A stretch of DNA of 63,118 nucleotides, counting the filler, from Octopus bimaculoides (lineage: Eukaryota): the NCBI RefSeq assembly GCF_001194135.2. It is 7 parts of 6 records of this genome, joined end to end, with 100 filler letters (N's around TTAATTAATTAA, not from the genome) between each part and the next. Parts side by side here need not be neighbours in the genome. Positions count along the whole stretch, not along the records: positions 11,049 to 23,760 come from NC_068987.1; positions 23,861 to 28,310 come from NC_068986.1; 5 more parts are not named here. One strand, given 5' to 3'. Positions 13,293 to 26,750 of this stretch are shown here, in pieces. Each line of letters opens with the position of its first letter. Positions within the stretch are counted from its first letter, which is position 1. The position numbers and the translations under genes were made by a program. Under the pieces are notes generated by a model. That model saw nothing but the letters and a program-made list of their open reading frames with translations. It searched no databases and was not told the origin of the DNA.

Positions 13293-16189
13293 TCCATAAA
13301 ATATATTTCTAGCTTTGCCATTGTTCTCTTTATCCTTTTCTCTATTTATACATACATACATACATACATATATATATATATATATTCAAACGGTTATTAC
13401 TATTAATAGTAACCATTATGAAATAGATGATTAACGACGTGAAAATGCTGTGGAATAAAAATTTATTTGTCAAGTTTGATGATTCGCGATAAACTGAGCT
13501 CATTGATGAGTTCTAACTGCTGATCTCATTGGAATAATGCAAAGTAGCATTAATCTAAGAACAGTATGGTTTACTTCTATGGAAACTTTTTGAAAGTAGA
13601 GAAAGAGGGTAAAAGTTGAGGATTTCATTAACAGGAAGTCTTATTTTTCTCTTAAATGACTTTTGAAAAATTATACATGTACAGAGAGGGAGAGGAAGTA
13701 ATAGCTAAAGAGAAGGGGGATAGAAAAGAAGAGCGGAAGAGGAGAGAGTGAGTGAGTGTGTGTGAGAAAGTGAGAGAGTGAGTAAAAAAGGGAAGGAGAA
13801 AAAATGAGAGACATTGCAATGACAAACTAGTGGGAAATAATGCAAGTTGAGTGCAACGGTGAATATTGAGTATAGACAATGATTAAAATGAGGAGGTTAG
13901 ATAAAGATGGAAATGAGAAGAGGACATGTTACTGTCGAGGTTAATAGTGACAATGAATCTAAAAGTTTTTGTCAGAACATCAGGCCTTTAATTCTCCGTA
14001 CGTGTACCAGTGTATTTCAAAAGATTCTGTAAAATCTTAGTTTTCAGTGAAGGCTGACGTTTAAGTTTAAACGTTGTTGGTTAAATAACAAATAAGGAAA
14101 GAAAGAATTCCGGAAAGAAAAGTTGTAACGACAGGCTACGACGACAAAAGAGAAGATGATTTACACCAAGTGAGTCAGAATGTGCGTGTGAGTCAGCAAT
14201 GATAGCTTAGTTGTTGCATTTTGTGGCTGAGTTGAGTGACATAATTCATGCAGTGATTTTGGCTGTGTTACGACCACTGGTCAGTTACCAAACAAGTGAT
14301 CTATATAGCCATGATTTGCGAAGGAAAGATAAAATAGTTAATGACATTCCAATATGTTGTTTACAACAACTGGGATTTTAACAAGTTAAGCATCTCCTGG
14401 GTCTATTATGTTTACGCCAGTCGGTTCAGCTACTGATAAAAACAAGTTCTCAATGTGTCTATTGAGGACTTAAATGGTTAGCTGCTTGCTAACGTCATCA
14501 ATATCTGACATAATCATGATTTGGTGTTTAAACTTGCTTTCACGTCTCAACACAGTGATTCAGGTTCAATTCCTAGGCAATGAGTTGGAGATTGGGACTT
14601 ACGCATTCTGCCACAAGTTCTTTAAACGATCAATGATGAAAACGTAAATATAAACGAGTTAGGATAATTACTTTATGCTAAAAGGTTAATATGTCAAGAC
14701 AGTGATGAAAATGTTGTAACACAAATGAATTTTATGGAAGAATGAATGGGTTGTGGGAAGTTGGTGGAAGACGGAAGTGTAAGCATAAAACAAGGGGTTA
14801 AAATTAAATAATTGAAAATATATATGCATAATAAAGCATGAAAGGTGAATGGATTAGGTAATACGAAATTGAGAAATATACTAATTAGAAAAGCAGCGTA
14901 TTTATGAGCAACATTAAAAGTACTGAATAACTAAATAAGCCATTATTTTGAGAAATAAAGGAGTTATAAAAGAGAGAAAGATTTAATTACGATTGTAATT
15001 AAAGTGAGGATTAAACAGCGTTGTTATAAAAAGAACAGAAAGAACATATGTAGCTAAATGAAGCATTTAAGGTACTAAAAAAATTGTATGGGGACATTTT
15101 TTAAACCTATTCTTATTAAAATTATGATTGAAACATTAATAAAGCATTATAAGGAGCAAGAAAAGAAAAATGAAAAATGTAAATGAGATTAGGTTAAGTA
15201 AATATAGAAAATGGAAAAAAGAATTCTGACGTAAAAGGGAAATAAGTGGAAGGATTAAATTGAAATTAAAAATATTTAATAAAAGATACTTCAGGAAATT
15301 TGTGTTTTAAGATGTGTGTAAAGATTGAAACTAAAATGATTAAAGCAAATAATTAAACAATACACTAAAAAAAAATATTTGGAATATTTAAAATTATGGA
15401 GCGAAGGTATATGATTTGAGGTGAACCTATCACTTGGTTAAAAATTATATCAAAAATGAAGAATTAAAGTTTGAAACAATAAATTGTGCAGGTACGCTGA
15501 GTAGTCGAATTTGGAGTGGAAAATACTTCGGAAAATGGCTTATTTAGTTATTCAGTACTTTTAATTTGCTTTTAATATTATAAATGTGTTGCTTCTCTAA
15601 TTAGTATATTTCTCAATTTCATATTACTTAAGGTGAAATTATAAAAGTCATATAAGTGTGCAAAGTAAATTGCAAAATAGCTCTCTAAACATTTCGATGA
15701 CTCTCCTACTTATTGAGGATGCGATGGGTGCGCGACAAATTACTACATCGTGGTCAAAGATCGATTTGATATTTATTAGATATTGATTGTTGATTAGATT
15801 TGTGTGCATGTGTATGTGTGTCTGTGTGTGTGTATGTGCGCGAGTGTATGTGTAAATATATATATCATAGTTCAAACATACATATTTACATAGTACCTAT
15901 AAATGCATATTCTTATTCCATAAGTGTTCCAAACCATATTTAGATGAGGGCTCATAAAAGAAGTTTTTCTTCTATATATTTTATTTTACCGTCCTGTCTG
16001 TTAATGTCAATTTGTTTATATGCATTTTATTTTGCTTCCCGTGTAAACTCTTGTTGACTGGGGCCGATTTATTCAACTTAACCATTCAAGGTGCTGTTCA
16101 TCATCGAATGACTGAAACAAGAAAAGAACAAAATTAATAAATATACATATGAACACACACACACCAGACACCAAGCAATTTAACTGGTC

Positions 16190-17010
16190 CGTCCGTCCAG
16201 CGCCCATCAACGCAGTTGGACGGTGTGGACTGGCTTCTCCAGGTGTCGAGCCGCAAGCCCACTGATTTTTTTCATGGTTAAACCACCTCGTAGTCCCTAT
16301 GTGTTTATGATCCGATGCCACTACGGTGACGTCGTTGGCATATCCCGACACGCATCTCCCATTCCTAGGTCACGCGGGATGCCTCTCAACGCCTCCAGTT
16401 TGTGTAGTAGTGGCTTGAGAGTCAGTACATACAAGAGATACGAGAGGGGGTAACCTTACCGGACCGAACGCATGGTGTTTAACGGCTCTGAGAGGTGACC
16501 GTTCACTCTGACCACTGAACAGATGTCGTTGTGCATTGTAGCGATCCAGCCCCTTAATACAGGCCCAAAACCAGCTGCCTTGAGGACCGTCGCCATGTAT
16601 ATGGTCGACTCTATCGAAAGCTTTAGACTGATCTAAATTGATCAGGGCCCCACCCCTGCCAGGTTCTTTAGCCACTTTCTCAATGATGTATCACATGAGG
16701 TGGAGGTTGTCGTGGATGGATCTTTTCTGGATAGCACATGTGTGTACCTCCCCTACCAGATCCCCGACGACAAGTGCCAACCTCGTAGCAAACACCTTGG
16801 CCAAAATTTTGAACTCTGCATTCAGCAGAGTTATGGGCCTAAAGTTGTGAATACAATCCCCCTTGTTCGTGTCTTTTCTCAGCTGCTACTCGGCTCACAA
16901 AACTAGGAATTCTCCCATTCTGTTGCCACTTGCAGTAAACGTTTGCAAAGAGGTCGCCGAACAAGTCTGGCATGTGAACGTAAAGCTCGTAGGGCAGACT
17001 ATCCAAACTA
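16190..17010 (-). mobile_element. L1/Tx1-like LINE reverse-transcriptase fragment
   Basis: Minus-strand frames give NFRPITLLNAEFKILAK, GALINLDQSKAFDRVDH and YANDVTVV (YADD-equivalent), interrupted by stops and frameshifts. Confidence 0.85.
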
Positions 17011-17099
17011 GGATAATAATAATAATAATAATAATAATTTATGTACATACCATCGCCTCAATACACACTCACGTTACAGCGCGCACATTAAAAAAATAA

Positions 17100-17400
17100 G
17101 AGTGGTACTTATTCTATAGGTTTCTACTGCCCAACTACTAGGTTATGGGGGATGCAAACAAAACAACACTGGTTGTCAAGTGGCGGATGGGGGATGACAA
17201 ACCCAGATGCAAAGTCACCCACACATAGACACACACACACACACACACACGGTGAGCTTCCATGTATTTTCCGTCTATTGTATTTACTTACGAAACTTTG
17301 GTCGAGTTGGGGCTGTAGTAGACGAGACTTACCCAATATGGCACTGAACCCGAAACTATGTAGTTGCAAAGCAAGCTTCTTTATCACGCAGCTATGCCTG
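17100..17400 (-). mobile_element. SINE family B copy (degenerate)
   Basis: Reverse-complement similarity to 26411-26750 and 60960-61190 (head ggcgtggctgtgtg..aagcttgct; body ggttgtcaagcg). Confidence 0.55.
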
Positions 17401-17509
17401 GGTCTATTGCTATGTTTGGTCACATGCGGAATGCGTTTAATCATAGGTTTGCTCGCTCAGCGTTGACCGGGGAACGTCTAAGGAAAAGCAAGCGCTCTTA
17501 TTGACTTTA

Positions 17510-17895
17510 TTGTTGTTGGCACTCCGTCGCTTACGACGTCGAGGGTTCCAGTTGATCTAATCAACGGAACAGCCTGCTCGTGAAATTAACGTGCAAGTGG
17601 CTGAGCACTCCACAGACACGTTGACCCTTAACGTAGTTCTCGGGGATATTCAGCGTGACACAGTGTGATAAGGCTGACCCTTTGAATTACAGGCACAACA
17701 GAAGCAGGAAGTAAGATGAGAGAAAGTTGTGGTGAAAAGAGTACAGCAGGGTTCACCACCATCCCCTGCCGGAGCCTCGTGGAGCTTTAGCTATTTTCGC
17801 TCAATAAACACTCACAACGCCCGGTCTGGGAATCGAAACCCCGATCCTATGACCGCTAGTCCACTGCCCTAACCACTGGACCATTGCGTCTCCTT
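17510..17895 (-). mobile_element. complete tRNA-derived SINE (family C) with 12-bp target-site duplication
   Basis: Minus-strand head ggagacgcaatggtccagtggttagggca..gtttcgattccc (A/B boxes). Flanked by the direct repeat TTATTGACTTTA at 17498-17509 and 17896-17907. A highly similar copy lies at 59622-59845. Confidence 0.85.
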
Positions 17896-19028
17896 TTATT
17901 GACTTTAAAACAATAAGAAGCAACATTTTGATTTTAAAAAAATCCCAGTCAAATGCATACAGAACATCCACAAGAGAAAGAGCAAAGTTAAATCAGTATC
18001 TTTAGTAACAGTTGCGCATCACTAGTTTTACGGTAAATGAAGTGGGAGATTATGGGGTTTTACTTGGTGCATATTTCAAGTATTACACTTGGGCTCAGCA
18101 TCCGGTTTGAGAACTTTCTGAATATTGGGTAAGAAAATAAAGGGCCATGCCTTTTAACTTTCTATGTGTATGAGTGTATGTATAAATATTTCATTCCTTT
18201 CTCTCTGTGTATATTTCTATCAAAGATATGATTATATTGAGAGATAGATAGATAGTTAGAGAGAGGGAGAGAGAGAGAGAGAGAGAGATACGGGAGAAGG
18301 ATGAGAGAGAATCCAAAAAGAGAAAGAAGGAAGAGAATTAGATACAAACGGTGGGAGGTGTGGTTGAAAGTGTTAGGGAAATCGCTTTGTAAACACTGCC
18401 TAACAAATAATAGGGTAAGGTGATAGTGCCAGATTGACATGGTAATCTTAACTGTCTCAGGGGTATCTGTTGATATTCAGGTCAGGCATAACGTCGTTGA
18501 GTCTAGAATGTAAATCCGCCAGGCGCCGCCGCTGTAAAAATGCACAGATAAAATCCCTTTCTGACATTTTTGATCACAAGTCGCAACCAAATACCCCCAT
18601 CTCTATAAGCGGTAGGGAGTCGGACGTAACGCCTCACAGAATTTAGTTACGTTGTTTGAAGTTCTGAGTTCAATTTTTCCCTGTGGTTGACTTTCCATTT
18701 CAGTCTCCTGGAGGGTTGATAAAATAAAATACCAGTAGAATATTGGAACTGATTTCAGCGATTGTACCCATCTTCTATTATCTTTTAGTTGTTTCGGTCA
18801 TTAGACTGCGGTCATGCTGGGGCACCGCTTTGAAGAGTATTTTCAATCGAAAAAAATGGGTCTCAGTACTTATATTTTCAAAGTCTTGTAAACATGCGGT
18901 CGTTCTTTTTTGCCGAACCATTAAATTACGGGGACGTAAACAAAGCAACACCGGTTGTCAAGCGATGTGTGTGTGGGACAAACACAGACACACCGAATCA
19001 AACTGTTTTAATTAATAATAATATTAAC

Positions 19029-19400
19029 AATCCTTTGTACTATAGGCACAAGGCCTGAAATTATGAGGGAGTGGGGGGCTAATCGATTAATTACATCGAC
19101 CTCAGTGTGTAACTGGTACTTATTTCATTGACCCCGAAAGGATGAAAGGCAAAGTCAACCTCGGCGGAATTTGAATAATAATGATGATAATAAACTTTTC
19201 TACTATAGGCACAAGGCCTGAAATTTTTGGGGAGGGGACTAGTCGATTACATCGACTCCAGTGTTTCACTGGTACTTCATTTATCGACTCTGAAAGGATG
19301 AAAAGTAAAGTTAACTTCGGCAGAATTTGGACTCAGAACGTAGCGGCAGACGAAATACTGCTAAGCATTTCGCCCGGCGTGCTAACGATTCTGCCAATGC
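19029..19400 (-). mobile_element. two tandem family A SINE copies
   Basis: Two repeats of taggcacaaggcctgaaatt..atcgac..gaaaggatgaaa..cggaatttg separated by an (AAT)n tail. Confidence 0.85.
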
Positions 19401-19431
19401 CCTGATGCAATTGCTGAAGATGCCGCTCAAT

Positions 19432-19501
19432 GGGACTGAATCTCAGGCTACATGGTTGTAAAGCAAGGGACTGAATCTCAGGCTACATGGTTGTAAAGCA
19501 A
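19432..19501. repeat. exact 35-bp tandem duplication
   Basis: gggactgaatctcaggctacatggttgtaaagcaa occurs twice (19432-19466 and 19467-19501). Confidence 0.9.
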
Positions 19502-20988
19502 GCTTTCTAACCATGCAGCCAGGAATGTGCCTTGGTATCATTAGCAGTTCATTGTTATTTTTTCAGTAATTACTTTTCATTATTACAGTTGATTCATTCC
19601 TTTTTCTATTCGATACATCCTCCCGACCATATTTTTGTATTACCTCTTTCGACTGTCCCAAACATTCTGGACCCATGCAGGTAATAAAAGACATAATTAT
19701 TATCTGTCGTAGTTGTAATAGCAGTTGATCTGCAGAACTATAATGTGTAGTTAAAAGCAGTATTTAAGTGATAAAAGATTGCGTGGGAAATTTTTTGTAG
19801 AACAAAAATTCCTCGCGGTTTTTGTTCCAATTTTTATACGTTCTAAGTTCAAATCTCGCCTTATAAAGTCTTCGTTTGACATCCCTTCTCGACCATAAGT
19901 ATTTCGTATCAATTTAAATATTTGTTTCTATTTGATGTTTCCCGTTACGGAAAAGTGATTGTTAACACACATGATGTAAGGAATTAAATATTTTAATCAA
20001 AAGTACAAATGTTCTGATGCAACAAAATAATTATCTCAATGACAAATTCTGAACAAGAAAGACAGAGGTGATCAACTTGGAATTAAAATGAATTAAAAAT
20101 AAAATAGGATGAAAAGTAAGCTTGATATTTGGCTGTTTGTAACAATTCCAGCTTTTTAGATCTCGTTAGCGAAGACTTGTACTACGTTTACTGCGAGGAG
20201 GTTTGAAAAGTTAATGGTGGTGCCCCAGCATGGCCACAGCTCATGAGCTGAAACTATATAAAGTGAAAAAAAAATGAAAGATTTATTATTTCCATATGAT
20301 TACAGCCGTTTCGTAATCTTCTCTAAATAGTATTATTAACTCTAACATTCCAAATTACTACAAACATTTTACATCAATTGCATATTTAACATTATATAAT
20401 ACAGTTGTATATTAGATATGGAAGCATAATTCATCAGGTCATATATATCGGGACATCATGGATACATTAAAGTTTCAACTCTGTTACACAAACAAAACCC
20501 ATTCGTTTTGTACACAATGTATGGAAGGCCAAAACTAGAAGTAGATACAATAATTTGATTTGTAATGGAAACCATTTTTGAAAATGGTGAATAAGCTTGT
20601 AAAATGATATTTTATCAAATAATCCCTTTTTAAACACGCCCTATGGCAGGCAGCTTTACTGAAAATATTCAAAAGAAATCATAAATGTTTTACTATGCAA
20701 AACAAACAAAATATATTTCGGAAGGTCAATTGCTGTCAATCATTAAAAATAAAAATAAAGATCTTCGCATCACAAAACCCAGTTGGAAACCACACCCATC
20801 AAGGTTTATGGGACTATCATTAAATTAGAGACGGACACAGTTTTCTCTTTTATATATCATTTTGTAATAGGCAATTGCATTATATAATGATTTCAAATTT
20901 TGGCACAAGGCCAGCAATTCCGGGTAAGTGGGTGAGTCGATTACATCGACATCAGTGTTCAACTGGGACTTATTTTATCGACTCCAGT

Positions 20989-21031
<43 letters not shown>

Positions 21032-21413
21032 TANNNNNNNNNNNNNNNNNNNNNNNNNNNNNNNNNNNNNNNNNNNNNNNNNNNNNNNNNNNNNNNNNNN
21101 NNNNNNNNNNNNNNNNNNNNNNNNNNNNNNNNNNNNNNNNNNNNNNNNNNNNNNNNNNNNNNNNNNNNNNNNNNNNNNNNNNNNNNNNNNNNNNNNNNNN
21201 NNNNNNNNNNNNNNNNNNNNNNNNNNNNNNNNNNNNNNNNNNNNNNNNNNNNNNNNNNNNNNNNNNNNNNNNNNNNNNNNNNNNNNNNNNNNNNNNNNNN
21301 NNNNNNNNNNNNNNNNNNNNNNNNNNNNNNNNNNNNNNNNNNNNNNNNNNNNNNNNNNNNNNNNNNNNNNNNNNNNNNNNNNNNNNNNNNNNNNNNNNNN
21401 NNNNNNNNNNNNN

Positions 21414-21708
21414 ACCAGCTGCGTATTGGGGTCGGTCTAATCGACTGGTTTCCTCCCCAAAAATGTCGGGCCTTGTGCCTAGATTAGAAATATTCTTTTC
21501 TATTCTAGGCACAAGGCTCGAAATTTTTTTGGAAGGGGTCAGTCGATTAAATTGATCCCAGTACGCAACTGGTACCTAATTTATCGACCCCGAAAGGATG
21601 AAAGGCAAAGTCAACGTCGGCTGAATTTGAACTCAGAACGTAAAGACAGACGAAATACCGCTAAGCATTTCGCCCGGCGTGCTAACGTTTCTGCCAGCTC
21701 GCCGCCTT
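21414..21708. mobile_element. tail-to-tail inverted pair of family A SINEs
   Basis: + copy (3' part only, 21414-21490, cut by gap) abuts a full - copy (21493-21708): ccttgtgcctag..ctaggcacaagg. Confidence 0.8.
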
Positions 21709-22995
21709 ACAATTGCATTATATAATACTAAAAATGCATATTGATGTAAAATGTATATATTAATTTGGAATGTTAAAATTAACAATACTACATTGAGAAG
21801 ATTATGAAAGAGCTGTACTCATATGAAAATCATAGAAATGGTTAATCTGTATTCATTTCTCAAACGTCCTTATTTTCTGATTATTATTTACTCGTCGTGG
21901 AAATATTTATTGCTTGCATATCCTGAATTTTCGATGGCATGAATAAATTAAACTACATCGTAATTTAATTACTTTGTGAACTGATAACTGATTCCTAGCG
22001 GGCGAGCTTATAGTGAGTTCTATTTGATTCTCTGAAGCCCCCCCCCCACACACACGATAGCCTAATAGCAGAGTTATTTACTGCAGCCAAAAGAATGTAT
22101 AATCGGTGCTTCCTCTGGGTCTTTGCGCTCTGAGCTGTAGTATTGCTGAAGTCATCATAGCTTTTCGTCATCTCAAGGTCAATAGATAAAATCCCAGTTC
22201 AGTACTGGATAGTTGCTTTTTGTTTTTAACTCATTAAACATTCAGCAATTGTATGCAGTTGACAAACCCAGAGAGAGGAGTGCTCTGCCTGGATATCATA
22301 TCTGTGATNNNNNNNNNNNNNNNNNNNNNNNNNNNNNNNNNNNNNNNNNNNNNNNNNNNNNNNNNNNNNNNNNNNNNNNNNNNNNNNNNNNNNNNNNNNN
22401 NNNNNNNNNNNNNNNNNNNNNNNNNNNNNNNNNNNNNNNNNNNNNNNNNNNNNNNNNNNNNNNNNNNNNNNNNNNNNNNNNNNNNNNNNNNNNNNNNNNN
22501 NNNNNNNNNNNNNNNNNNNNNNNNNNNNNNNNNNNNNNNNNNNNNNNNNNNNNNNNNNNNNNNNNNNNNNNNNNNNNNNNNNNNNNNNNNNNNNNNNNNN
22601 NNNNNNNNNNNNNNNNNNNNNNNNNNNNNNNNNNNNNNNNNNNNNNNNNNNNNNNNNNNNNNNNNNNNNNNNNNNNNNNNNNNNNNNNNNNNNNNNNNNN
22701 NNNNNNNNNNNNNNNNNNNNNNNNNNNNNNNNNNNNNNNNNNNNNNNNNNNNNNNNNNNNNNNNNNNNNNNNNNNNNNNNNNNNNNNNNNNNNNNNNNNN
22801 NNNNNNNNNNNNNNNNNNNNNNNNNNNNNNNNNNNNNNNNNNNNNNNNNNNNNNNNNNNNNNNNNNNNNNNNNNNNNNNNNNNNNNNNNNNNNNNNNNNN
22901 NNNNNNNNNNNNNNNNNNNNNNNNNNNNNNNNNNNNNNNNNNNNNNNNNNNNNNNNNNNNNNNNNNNNNNNNNNNNNNNNNNNNNNNNNNNNNNN

Positions 22996-23044
<49 letters not shown>

Positions 23045-23711
23045 AAGTATGTATGTATATATGTATGTATGTAAGTATTTATGTATGTATGTAAGTATTT
23101 ATGTATTTATGTATATGTATGTGTGCATGCATATACATGCATTGTCGCATATATTCGCATGTACACACGCACGCATGCTTGCACACAAACGCACATATTT
23201 ATTTTTGTATATTGATACAAATATACATTCAGATGTGTGAGTGTATATGCATTATATATGTGTGCGTAAATGCTTTGTGGAAATGTATGTTTATGTTGGA
23301 ATAGTTATAATTTTGATTTGTTCGCCAATAAACCATTTCCAAAGGAAGGGAGGCGTCTACAAACAGGAAACACCACATGTGCACTGGTTAGTTTTAGAAT
23401 TTTCCTTATTATTATTATTTGTAATGTCGTTTCTGTTACACTGCTTCCTTCCCCTCTTTTCCTATCCCTAACACTTTCCTCTCACTCACTAACAATGAGG
23501 TTTTATACAACACACACATATATACATTCATGTTTGTGAGTGTGTACATATATATAAATATATGTGGTCGTGTATGTATATATACATGCTCGTGTGTGTG
23601 TGTGTGTGTGTGTGTGTATTTATATATATATACATACATACCTACGTACACAAACAAAGACATATACATATGTCATATCCCTATATACGTGTTTGTGTTT
23701 CTCTATCTCTT

Positions 23712-23760
<49 letters not shown>

Positions 23761-23860
23761 NNNNNNNNNNNNNNNNNNNNNNNNNNNNNNNNNNNNNNNN
23801 NNNNTTAATTAATTAANNNNNNNNNNNNNNNNNNNNNNNNNNNNNNNNNNNNNNNNNNNN

Positions 23861-23934
<74 letters not shown>

Positions 23935-26410
23935 GTAGTGTTATTTTCTGCATATTTGTAAGTCTGGGTGTAGGCGGGGTGGATGTGTTATTCATGTTTT
24001 TTAATCATTCCCAAGGCACCTGTTATTTTAGGGATGGTTTCTATCTTCAGTAAACCCCACCACCCAGCGCCATCTGCAGGTTATTTCTAGTTCCAAATCT
24101 TTATATTTGGAGATTTTCTCCGTTTCTTTACCGTTTCTGTTATTTCGATTACGGGTTACTTACTTTCCCGGTACTTCTTCACAACACAATCAAATCAATT
24201 AGCCTTGCTCTCCCTATCTCTATTTATTGTTATATCTCAGAGTAATTAAGGTCGTTTTGTCATTCTCTGGGGCTCTTTCTCGTTTGTGTTTATACAAATT
24301 ATTTTCCTGTTGCTACCACATACAGCACATCGAAGTCTCAACCCTGTGATGTATGCCATAAATCTTTCTCTACTAAGATAAAGAAACTAAGAAGCTTGAG
24401 AAAAATACGGTTAAATGTCCGCCCCCCCCCCCCGAACCTCCACNNNNNNNNNNATGTCCGCCCCCCCCCCCCGAACCTCCACAGCTTCGGCAATTAATTA
24501 AGGCGTCAGCTTCATTACATGCTTATGGTGGTTCCTGGGGCGATCAAGTTATGCCTTTGTACTGCAAGCAAGAATCCTTCAATCCCAGTTTTGAGTTCTG
24601 CGCTTCTCAGCTACCGTTGCGATATTTTAAAAAAGCTGCTTCTACTTTCCAAGCGTTGAGAATGGAAGAACTTTTCTTGCTGTCACTTGCTCGCTACAAC
24701 AGCGACGGATCCGGCGCCTTTCGTGGAAGCTTTCGCCCGCTTCTTAGGACCAACTAACCTGTGCTCGACCGCCGTTGACACGGAATCCTTCTCCACTTCG
24801 ATCTTCGAATTCTGTACCCGGTTTCTGGCTTTTCCCAGAAATTCTGTTGTTTCTCTTCTCTTCTCACTTCGTCTTCCATTTCATGTCCTTGTTTTGTTTT
24901 GTCGGCTTCTTTAACCCATAAAGCGCTGTGACTTGCACTTACATAGCATGGACTGCTGGGCACATATTATAAAAATAAGACTACCATGCGCACATAAAAA
25001 ACAAACAAAAAAAATAGTTAAAATATCTTANNNNNNNNNNNNNNNNNNNNNNNNNNNNNNNNNNNNNNNNNNNNNNNNNNNNNNNNNNNNNNNNNNNNNN
25101 NNNNNNNNNNNNNNNNNNNNNNNNNNNNNNNNNNNNNNNNNNNNNNNNNNNNNNNNNNNNNNNNNNNNNNNNNNNNNNNNNNNNNNNNNNNNNNNNNNNN
25201 NNNNNNNNNNNNNNNNNNNNNNNNNNNNNNNNNNNNNNNNNNNNNNNNNNNNNNNNNNNNNNNNNNNNNNNNNNNNNNNNNNNNNNNNNNNNNNNNNNNN
25301 NNNNNNNNNNNNNNNNNNNNNNNNNNNNNNNNNNNNNNNNNNNNNNNNNNNNNNNNNNNNNNNNNNNNNNNNNNNNNNNNNNNNNNNNNNNNNNNNNNNN
25401 NNNNNNNNNNNNNNNNNNNNNNNNNNNNNNNNNNNNNNNNNNNNNNNNNNNNNNNNNNNNNNNNNNNNNNNNNNNNNNNNNNNNNNNNNNNNNNNNNNNN
25501 NNNNNNNNNNNNNNNNNNNNNNNNNNNNNNNNNNNNNNNNNNNNNNNNNNNNNNNNNNNNNNNNNNNNNNNNNNNNNNNNNNNNNNNNNNNNNNNNNNNN
25601 NNNNNNNNNNNNNNNNNNNNNNNNNNNNNNNNNNNNNNNNNNNNNNNNNNNNNNNNNNNNNNNNNNNNNNNNNNNNNNNNNNNNNNNNNNNNNNNNNNNN
25701 NNNNNNNNNNNNNNNNNNNNNNNNNNNNNNNNNNNNNNNNNNNNNNNNNNNNNNNNNNNNNNNNNNNNNNNNNNNNNNNNNNNNNNNNNNNNNNNNNNNN
25801 NNNNNNNNNNNNNNNNNNNNNNNNNNNNNNNNNNNNNNNTTCAGAATCGTTTGTTTATGTAGTCGGTACTTAATGTATATCGGCTGAATGGACGTCAGTG
25901 ATTGGTTGAAATTACAGAAATACGACAACTTTAACATGGAATAACTTAGGGATTTCTTTTTTTTTTAAGAAGACTAAGAGAAAAAGATGTTTTATATGAC
26001 ACATTCTACCAGTGTTCCAAGTTTCAAAGTGTTTCGTTAATGAAAAATGTGGCCCCCGTTTTAAAAAAGATCCAAATATCTTCTTAGTTTATAATGGTGG
26101 CAAGTTTTACATCATCTGAAAAGTCATTAGTTGAACTATTAGTCCTCTTGCATTCTGGGGGGTATCGGAGCGTTTGAGTGACATTAGACTCCAACAAATG
26201 CCCATAAATTAAATGCATCTACCTGGACCAAATCGTGGCCTGTCGACCTGTGCCTGAGGGCTACGGACGTGGCCCGTCGCGCTTTATGTGTTGAGTCAGA
26301 AAACAATCTTATTTTGTTTGTTTGTTTGTTTGTTTTGTAGCTATTCTCCATTGCTTTTTATTTTGTGGTCCTTCCGGGAATATTCTGTATCAATTGTTTC
26401 TGTATATAGG

Positions 26411-26750
26411 CACAGGCGTGGCTGTGTGGTTAAGAAGTTTGCTTCCCGAACACATGGTTCAGGGATCAGTCCCACTGCCTGACACTTTGGGAAAGTGTTT
26501 TTTTTTTTACCATAACCTAAGGCCGACCAAAGCCCTCTGAGTGAATTTGGTTGACGGAAACTGAAAGAAGCTCGTCCTATATATGCGTGTATGTCTTTGT
26601 GTCTGTGTTTCTCAACTAGTGTTGCTGTGCTTACGTCCCCATAACCTAGAGGTCTGGGAAAAGAGACAGACAGCATTAAGTACTGGCGGTGATTCATTCG
26701 ATTAAAAACTCTTCAAGATGGTGCCCCAGCATGGCCGCAGTCTAAGTAAA
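26411..26750 (+). mobile_element. SINE family B copy
   Basis: tRNA-like head aggcgtggctgtgtggttaagaagtttgcttcc. Its tail ggtgccccagcatggccgcagtc is also seen near 18800 (rc), 20220, 30110 and 62000. Confidence 0.65.

Noticed and set aside
24415-24483. Direct repeat atgtccgcccccccccccgaacctccac on both sides of 10 Ns
   Set aside because: Typical unmerged contig overlap at a homopolymer; assembly artefact.
24500-24960. GC-richer segment with several 70-aa ORFs
   Set aside because: No recognisable motif or consistent splice signals; probably a TE fragment, but I cannot assign it.
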